Part shown: positions 33,301 through 41,741 of the stretch, in pieces | Position numbering within the stretch: position 1 is the first letter of the stretch | Layout: each line of letters starts with the position of its first letter | Assembly (NCBI GenBank): GCA_963775465.1 | Contig: CAVZIW010000001.1 | Location: 320,001-384,000 of the forward strand | DNA: 64,000 nt | Direction of reading: 5' to 3' | Origin: Candidatus Bathyarchaeota archaeon | Lineage (GTDB): Archaea; Thermoproteota; Bathyarchaeia; Bathyarchaeales; Bathycorpusculaceae | Translations under genes and position numbers: made by a program | Notes under the pieces: generated by a model | What the model was told of the DNA's origin: nothing | The model's database searches: none | What the model saw: only the letters and a program-made list of their open reading frames with translations

Positions 33301-33427
33301 GCAATATCACGCAAAGAACTCACTGAATTAAAGTCGTAAGAAGTAAAAATGCTTACCGAACCTGCCGTTAGCCGCAAGACTTTAATTTCTAATTCTCCTC
33401 GCATTACAAGTGAGAAGGGCTATTTTT

Positions 33428-33982
33428 ATGAGCGAAAATAAAAATTTAGAAGTCGCAACTCTTGCTGCTGGATGTTTCTGGTGCACGGAAGCGGCATTTA
33501 ATATCATTAAAGGCGTTGAACGTATTGAACCTGGTTACACAGGAGGCACAACCGTTAATCCAACATATGAAGAGGTTTCAACGGGCTCTACGGGGCATGC
33601 AGAAGCAGCACAGATATATTTTGACCCCAAAGTCATCAGTTACAAAGAAATCTTGGAAATCTTTTTCACTATGCATGATCCAACCTCACTGAATCGGCAA
33701 GGCGCAGATATAGGAACACAATACCGTTCAGCTATCTTCTACCACAACCAACAACAAAAAGAAACCGTGGAAAAACTCATAGCTGAACTCACCCAAGAAG
33801 GCATTTGGGACAAACCTATAGTAACAGAAATCGTTCCGCTTAAAACATTCTACAGCGCTGAAACCTACCACAAAGACTACTACAAAAAACACCCCAAAGA
33901 ACCCTACTGCCAAGCAGTCATCGCCCCAAAAATCGCCAAACTTCAACAGCGATTCCTCGACAAAATCAAGGTACCCCTATGA
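33428..33982 (+). CDS. msrA: Peptide-methionine (S)-S-oxide reductase
   Basis: AAGCFWC, GHAE, HDPT, GTQYRS, AETYHKDYY. Confidence 0.96.
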   Translation: MSENKNLEVATLAAGCFWCTEAAFNIIKGVERIEPGYTGGTTVNPTYEEVSTGSTGHAEAAQIYFDPKVISYKEILEIFFTMHDPTSLNRQGADIGTQYRSAIFYHNQQQKETVEKLIAELTQEGIWDKPIVTEIVPLKTFYSAETYHKDYYKKHPKEPYCQAVIAPKIAKLQQRFLDKIKVPL

Positions 33983-34545
33983 CAAATCAAACCTCAACAA
34001 GCGCTGACCAAATTCTAATGCAGATCGAAAAACTCTCAGAAAAACATTTTCTTCCTATCATTGGAGCCAGCAAAGGAAAGATTTTAGCAGAGCAAGTTCG
34101 GAAATCCAAGCCACAGCATATACTTGAGGTGGGAACTCTAATCGGCTATTCCGCTATTCTCATGGGAAGAGAACTGGATGAAAACGCCGAAATCGTAACT
34201 ATAGAAATCCACCAAGACGAAGCAGAACTCGCAGAAAAAAACATCCAAAGAGCAAACATTCCGCCTAAAATCACAATTATAACAGGTGACGCAAAAACAA
34301 TAATACCTACTCTCAAAGGATCTTTTGACTTTGCTTTCATCGACGCAGAAAAAAACGAGTATTTCCAGTACCTCAAACTAGCAGAGCCCAAACTTCAAAA
34401 GGGCTCCGTCATAGTGGCTGATAACGCTGGAATCTTTGCCGACCAAATGAAAGACTACTTAGATTACATGCGGAATTCAGGGAAATATAGTAGTCGATAC
34501 GTTAAGGTTGGAGGCGACGGCTTAGAAATCAGCGTTAAACTCTAA
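33979..34545 (+). CDS. O-methyltransferase (Methyltransf_3/COMT-like)
   Basis: LEVGTLIGYS, FIDAEK, IVADN. Overlaps the msrA stop. Confidence 0.9.
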   Translation: MTNQTSTSADQILMQIEKLSEKHFLPIIGASKGKILAEQVRKSKPQHILEVGTLIGYSAILMGRELDENAEIVTIEIHQDEAELAEKNIQRANIPPKITIITGDAKTIIPTLKGSFDFAFIDAEKNEYFQYLKLAEPKLQKGSVIVADNAGIFADQMKDYLDYMRNSGKYSSRYVKVGGDGLEISVKL

Positions 34546-34550
34546 CCTAA

Positions 34551-34560
34551 AGATTTAAGG
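34551..34560 (+). promoter_or_regulatory. Putative TATA box for the ncRNA
   Basis: TTTAAG after an A-rich BRE-like stretch, ~25 nt upstream of the GC-rich structured block at 34581. Confidence 0.5.
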
Positions 34561-34580
34561 ATGGTTGGTTGGCAATTTGT

Positions 34581-34707
34581 GTGGGTGGACGATGACGAGT
34601 CTGGCCCCGCAGACGCAAGGATGATGTGGATCTTGAGTGCGGACGACGGCAATGATGAAAGCTTTTAGGCTTGTCTTGAAAGTGGAGTTGCCGCCTAAGA
34701 GCCCACC
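34581..34707 (+). ncRNA. Multi-box C/D guide sRNA; middle guide predicted for tRNA-Leu(CAA) Cm34
   Basis: C-like boxes ATGACGA 34592, ATGATGT 34621 and ATGATGA 34652. D-like boxes CAGA 34610 and CGGA 34640 follow 11- and 12-nt guides. Terminal stem GTGGGT/GCCCAC, upstream TATA, downstream TTTT. Confidence 0.72.
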
Positions 34708-34743
34708 TATCATTTTAGTGTCCGATGGAATTCTCAGTAACTC

Positions 34744-35082
34744 TTATTTTAAGGAGTAAGCGCTAGAGATTAAATTGTTCGGATTCTCTTTCTCTCTTCT
34801 CTCTGCAGTTTCTTTCATTTCTTCAACAGTTTTATCCATACTTGTCAGAGGCAACCGATTTCCCGAAACAATTTGACGTGATAGCAACTTGACCCGTTCA
34901 TGTCCAGCGTTGTATTTTATATCTAAAAAAGTCAACTCTTTATCAGTCACAAATAATTCCACAACACAGTCTTTAGGGTGTTCTTCAGGGATACCGCGGA
35001 CAATTATTGCGTAGTAGTCATGTTTTCCCCTCGAAAAGAGGCTGCCATCTGAGTCAACCGCTGTCCAATTCAATGTTACCAA
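34744..35082 (-). CDS. Hypothetical protein
   Basis: 112-aa ORF with GGAG SD, directly after the Dim2 gene. Confidence 0.7.
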   Translation of the reverse strand: MVTLNWTAVDSDGSLFSRGKHDYYAIIVRGIPEEHPKDCVVELFVTDKELTFLDIKYNAGHERVKLLSRQIVSGNRLPLTSMDKTVEEMKETAERREKENPNNLISSAYSLK

Positions 35083-35102
35083 TTTATCTCTCCTTCAACT
35101 TT

Positions 35103-35681
35103 TTATTCTTTGGTTGGTGGCTTTTCCCATAATTCCAGTTTTTGTTTTTTAAGTTCACTACGTTTACGTTGTAGATACTTGTAGACTGAATGATGTTGAC
35201 AGCCTTCGATTATCATCTGCACGGCGTTACGTGCAATGTCTGCTTGTTCAAAACTGCCGATAATCGCCACTGTATGCCCATAAACGACAACATCTGCCTC
35301 TGAGAGTTCTTCGATAAGTCGACGAGTTTTTCCTTCGGTACCTATTAGTCTACCTTTAATACGCTTCATGTCCGATTCGGAACGCCCAAAAATTAGACGC
35401 AGATCCACTAAGTCAAATATATCATCTTCGTTTCGAATCAAACGAAATGCAGTTTCAGGCGTAAACCCCCGGCCGATGGCAGTTACAACATCCTTGGCTT
35501 TTAGCAACATAGAAGGGTCAGATGCAGTTTCAAGCAGTACAATAGAGACGCTGCCTTCTCGGTCAATGTCCAATTTCACGTTTAGTTTCTTCTCTATATG
35601 CGCTTTTACTCTCCCTTCTGGACCGACTAAAATGCCGACACGTTCTTTGGGGATTCTAACAAAAGTATCTGGACCAACCAT
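35103..35681 (-). CDS. dim2: KH-domain pre-rRNA processing protein (Dim2/Pno1/Krr1 family)
   Basis: RVGILVGPEG, AIGRGF, KGRLIGTEGKTRR, VYKYL. Confidence 0.93.
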   Translation of the reverse strand: MVGPDTFVRIPKERVGILVGPEGRVKAHIEKKLNVKLDIDREGSVSIVLLETASDPSMLLKAKDVVTAIGRGFTPETAFRLIRNEDDIFDLVDLRLIFGRSESDMKRIKGRLIGTEGKTRRLIEELSEADVVVYGHTVAIIGSFEQADIARNAVQMIIEGCQHHSVYKYLQRKRSELKKQKLELWEKPPTKE

Positions 35682-36466
35682 TATTTACCAACTACTATCT
35701 TATGCAATTCTTCACTTGAATAAACCTTTACGTCTAAACGCGCAAAAAACCTATTAACATTCTCAATGTCCCGATTCAACATAAAATCCGCCATTGGATG
35801 CTTAAGAGATACAGATTGTGATAAATCAAAGATAACAGGTTTGCCCTTCCATATCATAATGTTGTATTCACTCAGATCTCCATGAACGATCTTTGCTTTC
35901 TGATACAGCCTCTTAAGATAAGTCACTACAACCTTGTAGACATGCTCTGGGTTTGCTGGAGGTCGCTCTTTTAGGGATGGCGCGCTGACACCTTTTTTGC
36001 CGATGAATTCCATTACAACTACGTTGCTTTTAACGGCGATGGGTACTGGCACACGCACTTTAGCTTGAGCAGCCTCAGATAAATTCCTAAACTCCTTTTG
36101 CGCCCAAACTGCAATCAATGAGCGGGTGTCATGTTTGACGTCTTTGAATCGAGGGTCTCCTTCAATGTATTTATGCATGCCACGTTTGAATTCGGCAGAA
36201 GAAGTCAAGTAAATTTTTACTGCCAAATCCGTGCCGTCTTTTGCTGTTCCCCAGTAAACCCGTGCTTCCTTACCTGAACTCACAACGCCGTTGAGTTCGT
36301 AGAGTATACCACTGTTTAACAAGTCAAAAACCACCATACGAGTAGTTTGATCAAAAACCTCTTCAACAGTGGCGCGTTCTTTGGCTTTGTCATGGTTAAG
36401 CATTTTGTCTCTGCGTTCCATTGTTTTTTCTAGATGGTCTATGCGTTCACGGGCTTTACGGGACAT
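35681..36466 (-). CDS. rio1: RIO1 family Ser/Thr kinase
   Basis: SSGKEARVY, AVKIY, KEFRNL, VHGDLSEYNI, DLSQSV. Confidence 0.95.
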   Translation of the reverse strand: MSRKARERIDHLEKTMERRDKMLNHDKAKERATVEEVFDQTTRMVVFDLLNSGILYELNGVVSSGKEARVYWGTAKDGTDLAVKIYLTSSAEFKRGMHKYIEGDPRFKDVKHDTRSLIAVWAQKEFRNLSEAAQAKVRVPVPIAVKSNVVVMEFIGKKGVSAPSLKERPPANPEHVYKVVVTYLKRLYQKAKIVHGDLSEYNIMIWKGKPVIFDLSQSVSLKHPMADFMLNRDIENVNRFFARLDVKVYSSEELHKIVVGK

Positions 36467-36596
36467 AAATAGTCACAGAGCTATTCTCTTTGAAGGTATT
36501 AAAACCACTCTTAACAAAACTAAAAAACAATGATTTTCGAGTTTAACCTCAGCTGGGTCATTTATTGATATGCAATAAAAGTAAGAAGTGTTTGGT

Positions 36597-36902
36597 TTAA
36601 AGGGTTAAGATGCCTTTGCGTCTCAAGTTTTCAGCTTGAGAATGGGTGTAGCGCCAGACAACGTCGCCGCGTTTGTCAGTTTGGAATTCCCAGGGTGATA
36701 CGATAACGATGTCGCCTTCACGTATCCAAACGCGGCGTTTCATTTTGCCGCGGATACGACATAGGCGTTCAGCGCCATCTTGGCATTTAACCATGATGCG
36801 GTCAAAGCCTAAGAGTTTTGTAACTACACCTAGGACTTCGCCCTGTCCTGGATAAGTCATTTCGCTTATTGAGCCTTCATTCAACACTTTTTTCTTTCCC
36901 AA
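36597..36902 (-). CDS. eif1a: Translation initiation factor aIF-1A
   Basis: RLCRIRGKMKRRVWIREGD, PWEFQ, RGDVVWRY. Confidence 0.97.
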   Translation of the reverse strand: MGKKKVLNEGSISEMTYPGQGEVLGVVTKLLGFDRIMVKCQDGAERLCRIRGKMKRRVWIREGDIVIVSPWEFQTDKRGDVVWRYTHSQAENLRRKGILTL

Positions 36903-37095
36903 ACAGGAAACCTCGATTTACCCAATTTGAAATCAATAGTTCTATCTTCCTTAAAAGCATGCTCATATATCAAAATAACTTATCAACGGACCAGACGTTC
37001 CCCTTTTTTAAGAAAGGCGCGAATCCCATAAAAAGGTGTGGAAGCAGACAACGCATTTGGAACTGTACTATAAACTAGGCAAGCGCCTTAATTTC

Positions 37096-37515
37096 TTAAA
37101 GATTCTCCCGAATCCTTTTTGCCAATTCATCTAGTATGGGTCGGTCGATTTCTGCGAGTTCACTAAAAGACTTCAGTTTTTGACCTGTAAACCTGGGAAC
37201 TACATGCACGTGGAAGTGAAAAATGTCTTGTCCGGCAGCCTTGCCGTTCTGTTGAATTATGCTTATGCCATCAGCATTTGTGGCATTTTTAATAGCAGAG
37301 GAAAGCTTTTTTGCTGCTTCGTGAACTGCGTCAAGTTCTTTTTCAGGGATATCAAAGATATCGACGAAGTGATCTTTAGGTATGACAAGTGAATGCCCCA
37401 AGTTTAAGGGTCGAATGTCAAGAAAAGCTATCACTTTTTCATCTTCATATAGTATGCTTGATGGCGCTTGCTTAAGCACAATTTTGCAGAAAATACAAGA
37501 TTCATCTAAAATCAT
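37096..37515 (-). CDS. hit: HIT family nucleotide hydrolase
   Basis: CIFCKI, GHSLVIPK, HFHVHVVPR. Confidence 0.95.
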   Translation of the reverse strand: MILDESCIFCKIVLKQAPSSILYEDEKVIAFLDIRPLNLGHSLVIPKDHFVDIFDIPEKELDAVHEAAKKLSSAIKNATNADGISIIQQNGKAAGQDIFHFHVHVVPRFTGQKLKSFSELAEIDRPILDELAKRIRENL

Positions 37516-37607
37516 TCAATACACCTCAAAAATACTAATTTAGTTTCTAACAATCAGTTTATATGCAATGCTTCTTCATATTTCTTTCATCACTCGAGGT
37601 TGAGTTT

Positions 37608-37892
37608 ATGACTGAACTTGAAGACAAAGTTCGCCAAGAAGTAGGCAAAGTACAAGACCCCGAAACTGGACAAACCTTCGAAGAAATGCAAATGATCCAA
37701 AGTGTGAAAGAAACCGCGCCGGGAACAGTTACGGTTGAATTTGTTCCAACCAGTCCTTTTTGTCCAATCGCATTTAAACTTGCAGCAGACTTGAGAGATG
37801 CTGCAAAAACTGTCCCAGGCGTTGAAAAAGCAGTTGTTTTCTGCCGTGGACATGCGATGGAGCAGCAAATCAACGAAATGACCAACAAGTAA
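37608..37892 (+). CDS. DUF59/FeS assembly protein (SufT/MIP18-like)
   Basis: VQDPETG, PTSPFCP. GAGGT SD before ATG 37608. Confidence 0.88.
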   Translation: MTELEDKVRQEVGKVQDPETGQTFEEMQMIQSVKETAPGTVTVEFVPTSPFCPIAFKLAADLRDAAKTVPGVEKAVVFCRGHAMEQQINEMTNK

Positions 37893-38202
37893 CATCTTTT
37901 TCAAACATTTAACTATGCGCTGGCAAATAGCCTTAAGGAAGAAGAAAACTATTTTTCTAAAAAAGAGTTTGTCTGCTAGAATAACAACACCTAAAAAATT
38001 CTTGTTGTTCTTCCAACCCTTCAATGCACATAGAGGCAGCTTTTAGCGCTTTGTAGCTGCAAAATTTTTCCTTAGAATGAGATTAGTTTGTTTTGCTACT
38101 TTTTATTTGGTTTTGGATTAAAGTTGTTTGACCGCTTTTTAAGAATATTCATCTCATCGGAGCGACAGCAAATATTCTTGGAGATCAGCTTTTTTGACCA
38201 AG

Positions 38203-38964
38203 TTACTTCATTCTGCTAAACGTCCAAGTGCCAACTCCAATCATCACCAAATCAAATACACATACGACGCCAAGGTTAATGTATAATGGCTGAATCGGAA
38301 TCCAAGCAGAGCCTAAAATCACCGTTCGCAAAGCATCAACGCCATAGGTTAATGGATTAAAAATTGAAGCCACGCGCAGCCATTCTGGGATTCCAGCTCC
38401 TGAAACAGGAAATAAAGCTCCACTTAAAAAAAACATTGGCAAATTGATGAAGGTTTGGATTGCACCAAAACTTTCCAGACTGCCCATAGCGCTTGCAATC
38501 GTTAAACCGATGCTGACTAATCCAAATGTAACAAGCAACATTATGGGCAAACAAATTATGAAAATGATGGGGTCAAAGGCAACTCCTAACAATGTGCCGA
38601 AAGCAAAAACAATTACGCCTTGAATGAGTGCATCGGTACTATCCCCCAGCATTTTGCCTAAAAACAACGTGAAGCGGGATACAGGTGAAACAAGGATTTC
38701 TTTCATAAACCCAAATTCTTTGTCCCAGATAACGGAGATACCCATAAACATAGACGTGAAAAGCAACGTCTGACCTATTATGCCTGGAAAAATGTATTGC
38801 TGATAGTTTAATCCTGGAATCAAAAAACGGGTCCCAAAGCCAGCGCCGAAAATTACAAGCCACAAAAGCGGTTGAATAAAACTGCTAATCAGCCTAGTTC
38901 GGTCGCGGAGAAAACGCTTTATTTCCCTAAGCCAGAGCGTGTAGAGTCCACGCATCTCACTCAT
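38203..38964 (-). CDS. ABC-2 type permease (DrrB-like)
   Basis: QPLLWL, PGII, DKEFGFMKE, FLSGALFP, NPLTYGVD. Confidence 0.92.
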   Translation of the reverse strand: MSEMRGLYTLWLREIKRFLRDRTRLISSFIQPLLWLVIFGAGFGTRFLIPGLNYQQYIFPGIIGQTLLFTSMFMGISVIWDKEFGFMKEILVSPVSRFTLFLGKMLGDSTDALIQGVIVFAFGTLLGVAFDPIIFIICLPIMLLVTFGLVSIGLTIASAMGSLESFGAIQTFINLPMFFLSGALFPVSGAGIPEWLRVASIFNPLTYGVDALRTVILGSAWIPIQPLYINLGVVCVFDLVMIGVGTWTFSRMK

Positions 38965-39950
38965 CTAATAGCTCTCCTTTGAATTGCAGCCATTCCATGC
39001 AATTCTTTTGTTGTATCCTGGCGAATAGTTCTACCAGTATAATGCAGGAAAACGTCTTCAAGGTTTGGTTCACGCAAAAGTAGCGATTCAACATAGATTT
39101 TGTTATGTGTCGCCAACTCCATGATACGTGGCATTACTGCTCTTCCATTTCTGACTGTGATTTCCAAGGCGCCATCTACAATCTGTGTTTGATTTTGGCT
39201 CAACGACGTATTAACAACTTGTTTGAGAAAATCTATGTTGTTTGCACGAACAACTATTACGTCACCTTCGAGGGTTTCCTTTAGTTTGGGAGGAGAATCT
39301 AAAACAACGATCTTTCCATGATCCATTATGGCTATACGATCAGAAAGTCTGTCAGCTTCATCCATGTAATGTGTAGTAAGGACCACGGTGATATCGTGAG
39401 CTTTCTTTAGTTCTTTAATGTATTTCCATATATGGTCTCGAGTTTGAGGGTCAAGACCAACGGTGGGCTCATCCAAGAACAAAACTTTTGGATAATGAAT
39501 TAGACCACGTCCAAGTTCAAGTCTTCTTCTCATCCCCCCTGAATATGTCCGCAGTAAATCGTTAGCTCTATCTTCAAGCTCGACGAGTTTTAGAACACGA
39601 TTAATTCGATCTTTCTGCTCAGAGGCGGGAACTCCGTATAGGTTTGCGTGCATGTAGAGGTTTTCTCTGCCTGTTAAGCGGTCATCGATGCTTGGGTCTT
39701 GAAAAACTATGCCTATGGATTTACGCACTTTATTTGCTTCCCTAACAATGTCAAAGCCATTTACCGTTGCGGTTCCATAGGTAGGTTTGAGAATAGTGCA
39801 TAGCATCGATATTGCAGTTGTCTTGCCTGCTCCATTGGGTCCCAGCAGCCCAAATATTTCGCCTGATTCGACTTTGATGTTGAGGTCGTCTACCGCTTTT
39901 AGTGAATTGTAGGTTTTGGTTAATCGGTTAGTTTCGATTACCGAAGGCAT
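38961..39950 (-). CDS. ABC transporter ATPase (DrrA-like)
   Basis: GPNGAGKTT, YSGGMRRR, LDEPT, TTHY. Confidence 0.95.
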   Translation of the reverse strand: MPSVIETNRLTKTYNSLKAVDDLNIKVESGEIFGLLGPNGAGKTTAISMLCTILKPTYGTATVNGFDIVREANKVRKSIGIVFQDPSIDDRLTGRENLYMHANLYGVPASEQKDRINRVLKLVELEDRANDLLRTYSGGMRRRLELGRGLIHYPKVLFLDEPTVGLDPQTRDHIWKYIKELKKAHDITVVLTTHYMDEADRLSDRIAIMDHGKIVVLDSPPKLKETLEGDVIVVRANNIDFLKQVVNTSLSQNQTQIVDGALEITVRNGRAVMPRIMELATHNKIYVESLLLREPNLEDVFLHYTGRTIRQDTTKELHGMAAIQRRAIR

Positions 39951-40041
39951 GTTTTGTCTTGGAGCAAATGAAAGAAAGAAAGATTTAAGGTTTTTTTGAA
40001 AAAACATTGGCTTTTTGAATGCCGGTTAATTGTTTTAGTTA

Positions 40042-40200
40042 TCAAGAATTAGTTGACTGCTGCTTTTTTATCTCGGGTGGATTATACCATTCCCAAACCT
40101 TGTTTGAGACGTTTTTAGAAATGCCAGAAGTGGCAAGACCCCTTTTAAAAGAGCGTTCTGAAGGCGCTATATTCGGTTTGCCTTTTGTTTTCTGGCGCAT
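40042..40200 (-). CDS. 52-aa microprotein, GxS..WYxP type
   Basis: MRQKTKGKPNIAPSERSFKRGLATSGISKNVSNKVWEWYNPPEIKKQQSTNS. AT-rich TATA-like element ~25 nt upstream. Confidence 0.6.
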   Translation of the reverse strand: MRQKTKGKPNIAPSERSFKRGLATSGISKNVSNKVWEWYNPPEIKKQQSTNS

Positions 40201-40412
40201 ATCGTATCTGGTAGAAATTATAATAATAAAGGTTACGAAATTTAGTGGAACTTGTAGAGGTGCACAACAAAAATACACAAAACAGGTTTGCGTAAAAAAT
40301 CTTGGTTGCAATCTGCAGCACAAATTGAGAAAGTGACTTATAGGTTATCCTCGACTATTTTTCGTAAGTGTTAAATTTTACCTTACCATACCTTTTTGGT
40401 GAGATGTTTTAA

Positions 40413-40850
40413 ATGCCAGAAATGAACTTTGAAGGAACCGCCACTTGGAAGGGCGCAACAGAATGTGAACTTTCAATTAAAGGCAAAAAAATTGTAACTG
40501 TCAGTCCACCACCATCGTTTGGAGGAAAAGAAGGCTATTGTGTTCCAGAAGATATCTTTGCCGCCGCGTTGGCTTCGTGTATTAATACACTGTTTCTGTT
40601 GATTGCAAAAAACAGTCAACTTGGTTTAAAGAACTTGGAAACTATAGCAAATGTTAAGATGAACGTTGAAGGCATGGAGAAACTAATTTTCACTAACGTT
40701 CACTTCAATATGAATGTCACTTTAGAAAATGACAATGAGCGCGAACGCAAAAAAGCCACCACGGTATACGGGATGGCGCAGAAGATTTGCCCGATTAGGC
40801 AATCATGGGGCGAAGCTGTTCCAATAAGTTTTGAATTAAATTTCAAGTAG
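40413..40850 (+). CDS. OsmC/Ohr family protein
   Basis: PPSFGG, PEDIFAAALASC, ICPI (two Cys). Confidence 0.9.
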   Translation: MPEMNFEGTATWKGATECELSIKGKKIVTVSPPPSFGGKEGYCVPEDIFAAALASCINTLFLLIAKNSQLGLKNLETIANVKMNVEGMEKLIFTNVHFNMNVTLENDNERERKKATTVYGMAQKICPIRQSWGEAVPISFELNFK

Positions 40851-40967
40851 ACTTTCTTTTTTCCTTTTTTTATTTTCACGTAATGAACATTTTTAATACT
40901 AAAGAAAAAACGCATTAGCCTTAAATACAGAATCGTTTGTATTTTGAATTCGGGAGTAATGTTGAAG

Positions 40968-41741
40968 ATGACTAGCACAAATGCAGTTGTACTTCGCGAT
41001 GTCACAAAACGCTACAACGAAATAGTAGCCGTAAACAACATAAACTTAACCATACCAACCGGCGAAATTTTCGCATTGTTAGGTCCGAACGGATCAGGAA
41101 AATCTACTACGCTAAAAATGCTGCTGAGTTTGTTGCAGCCTACCGCTGGCTCGATTAATGTTTTAGGCATAGACGTACAGAAAGACCCTGTTGCCATTAA
41201 GAAGCAAGTAGGCTACGTGCCCGAGGCACCTGACGTCTACGAGTTTTTAACTGGATTGGAATATCTCGACTTCATCGGAGATATCTATAGCATTCCAACC
41301 GCTGAGAAGCAAAAACGCATAAACGAATACCTAAAAGCGCTGCAGCTGGAAGGCCGCGAAGGAGACATGATAAATAGCTACTCGGACGGCATGAAGAAAA
41401 AAATTAGTCTCATCTCTGCATTTCTTCACAGACCCAAGCTACTTATACTTGATGAACCCCTAAACGCGTTGGATCCTCGAAGTGCAAGAATAGTTAAGGA
41501 CTACCTGTTTTCACTAAAAAAGCAAGGCATAACCACCATACTTTCCACTCACGTTTTAGAAATTGCAGAAGCAGTCTGCGATCGCATAGGCATAATGTAT
41601 CAAGGAAAAATTTTAGCTCTAGGCAGTATGTCAGAATTGCGCCAAGAAGCCAGTCTCCCAAGCTCAGGGTTGGAAGAAATATTCCTCAAACTTACCGGAA
41701 CAGGTGACTTAAAACCAGTAGTTGAGGAACTGTTGAAATGA
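40968..41741 (+). CDS. ABC transporter ATPase
   Basis: GPNGSGKST, YSDGMKKK, LDEP, STH. Confidence 0.94.
   Translation: MTSTNAVVLRDVTKRYNEIVAVNNINLTIPTGEIFALLGPNGSGKSTTLKMLLSLLQPTAGSINVLGIDVQKDPVAIKKQVGYVPEAPDVYEFLTGLEYLDFIGDIYSIPTAEKQKRINEYLKALQLEGREGDMINSYSDGMKKKISLISAFLHRPKLLILDEPLNALDPRSARIVKDYLFSLKKQGITTILSTHVLEIAEAVCDRIGIMYQGKILALGSMSELRQEASLPSSGLEEIFLKLTGTGDLKPVVEELLK

Noticed and set aside
34647-34700. Fluoride riboswitch or hammerhead ribozyme reading of GGCAATGATGAAA
   Set aside because: Lacks the remaining consensus elements and has no downstream co-oriented gene. C/D box spacing fits better.
36960-37090. Possible tRNA or ncRNA upstream of aIF-1A
   Set aside because: No cloverleaf or T-loop consensus; only a weak CCTTT/AAAGG hairpin.
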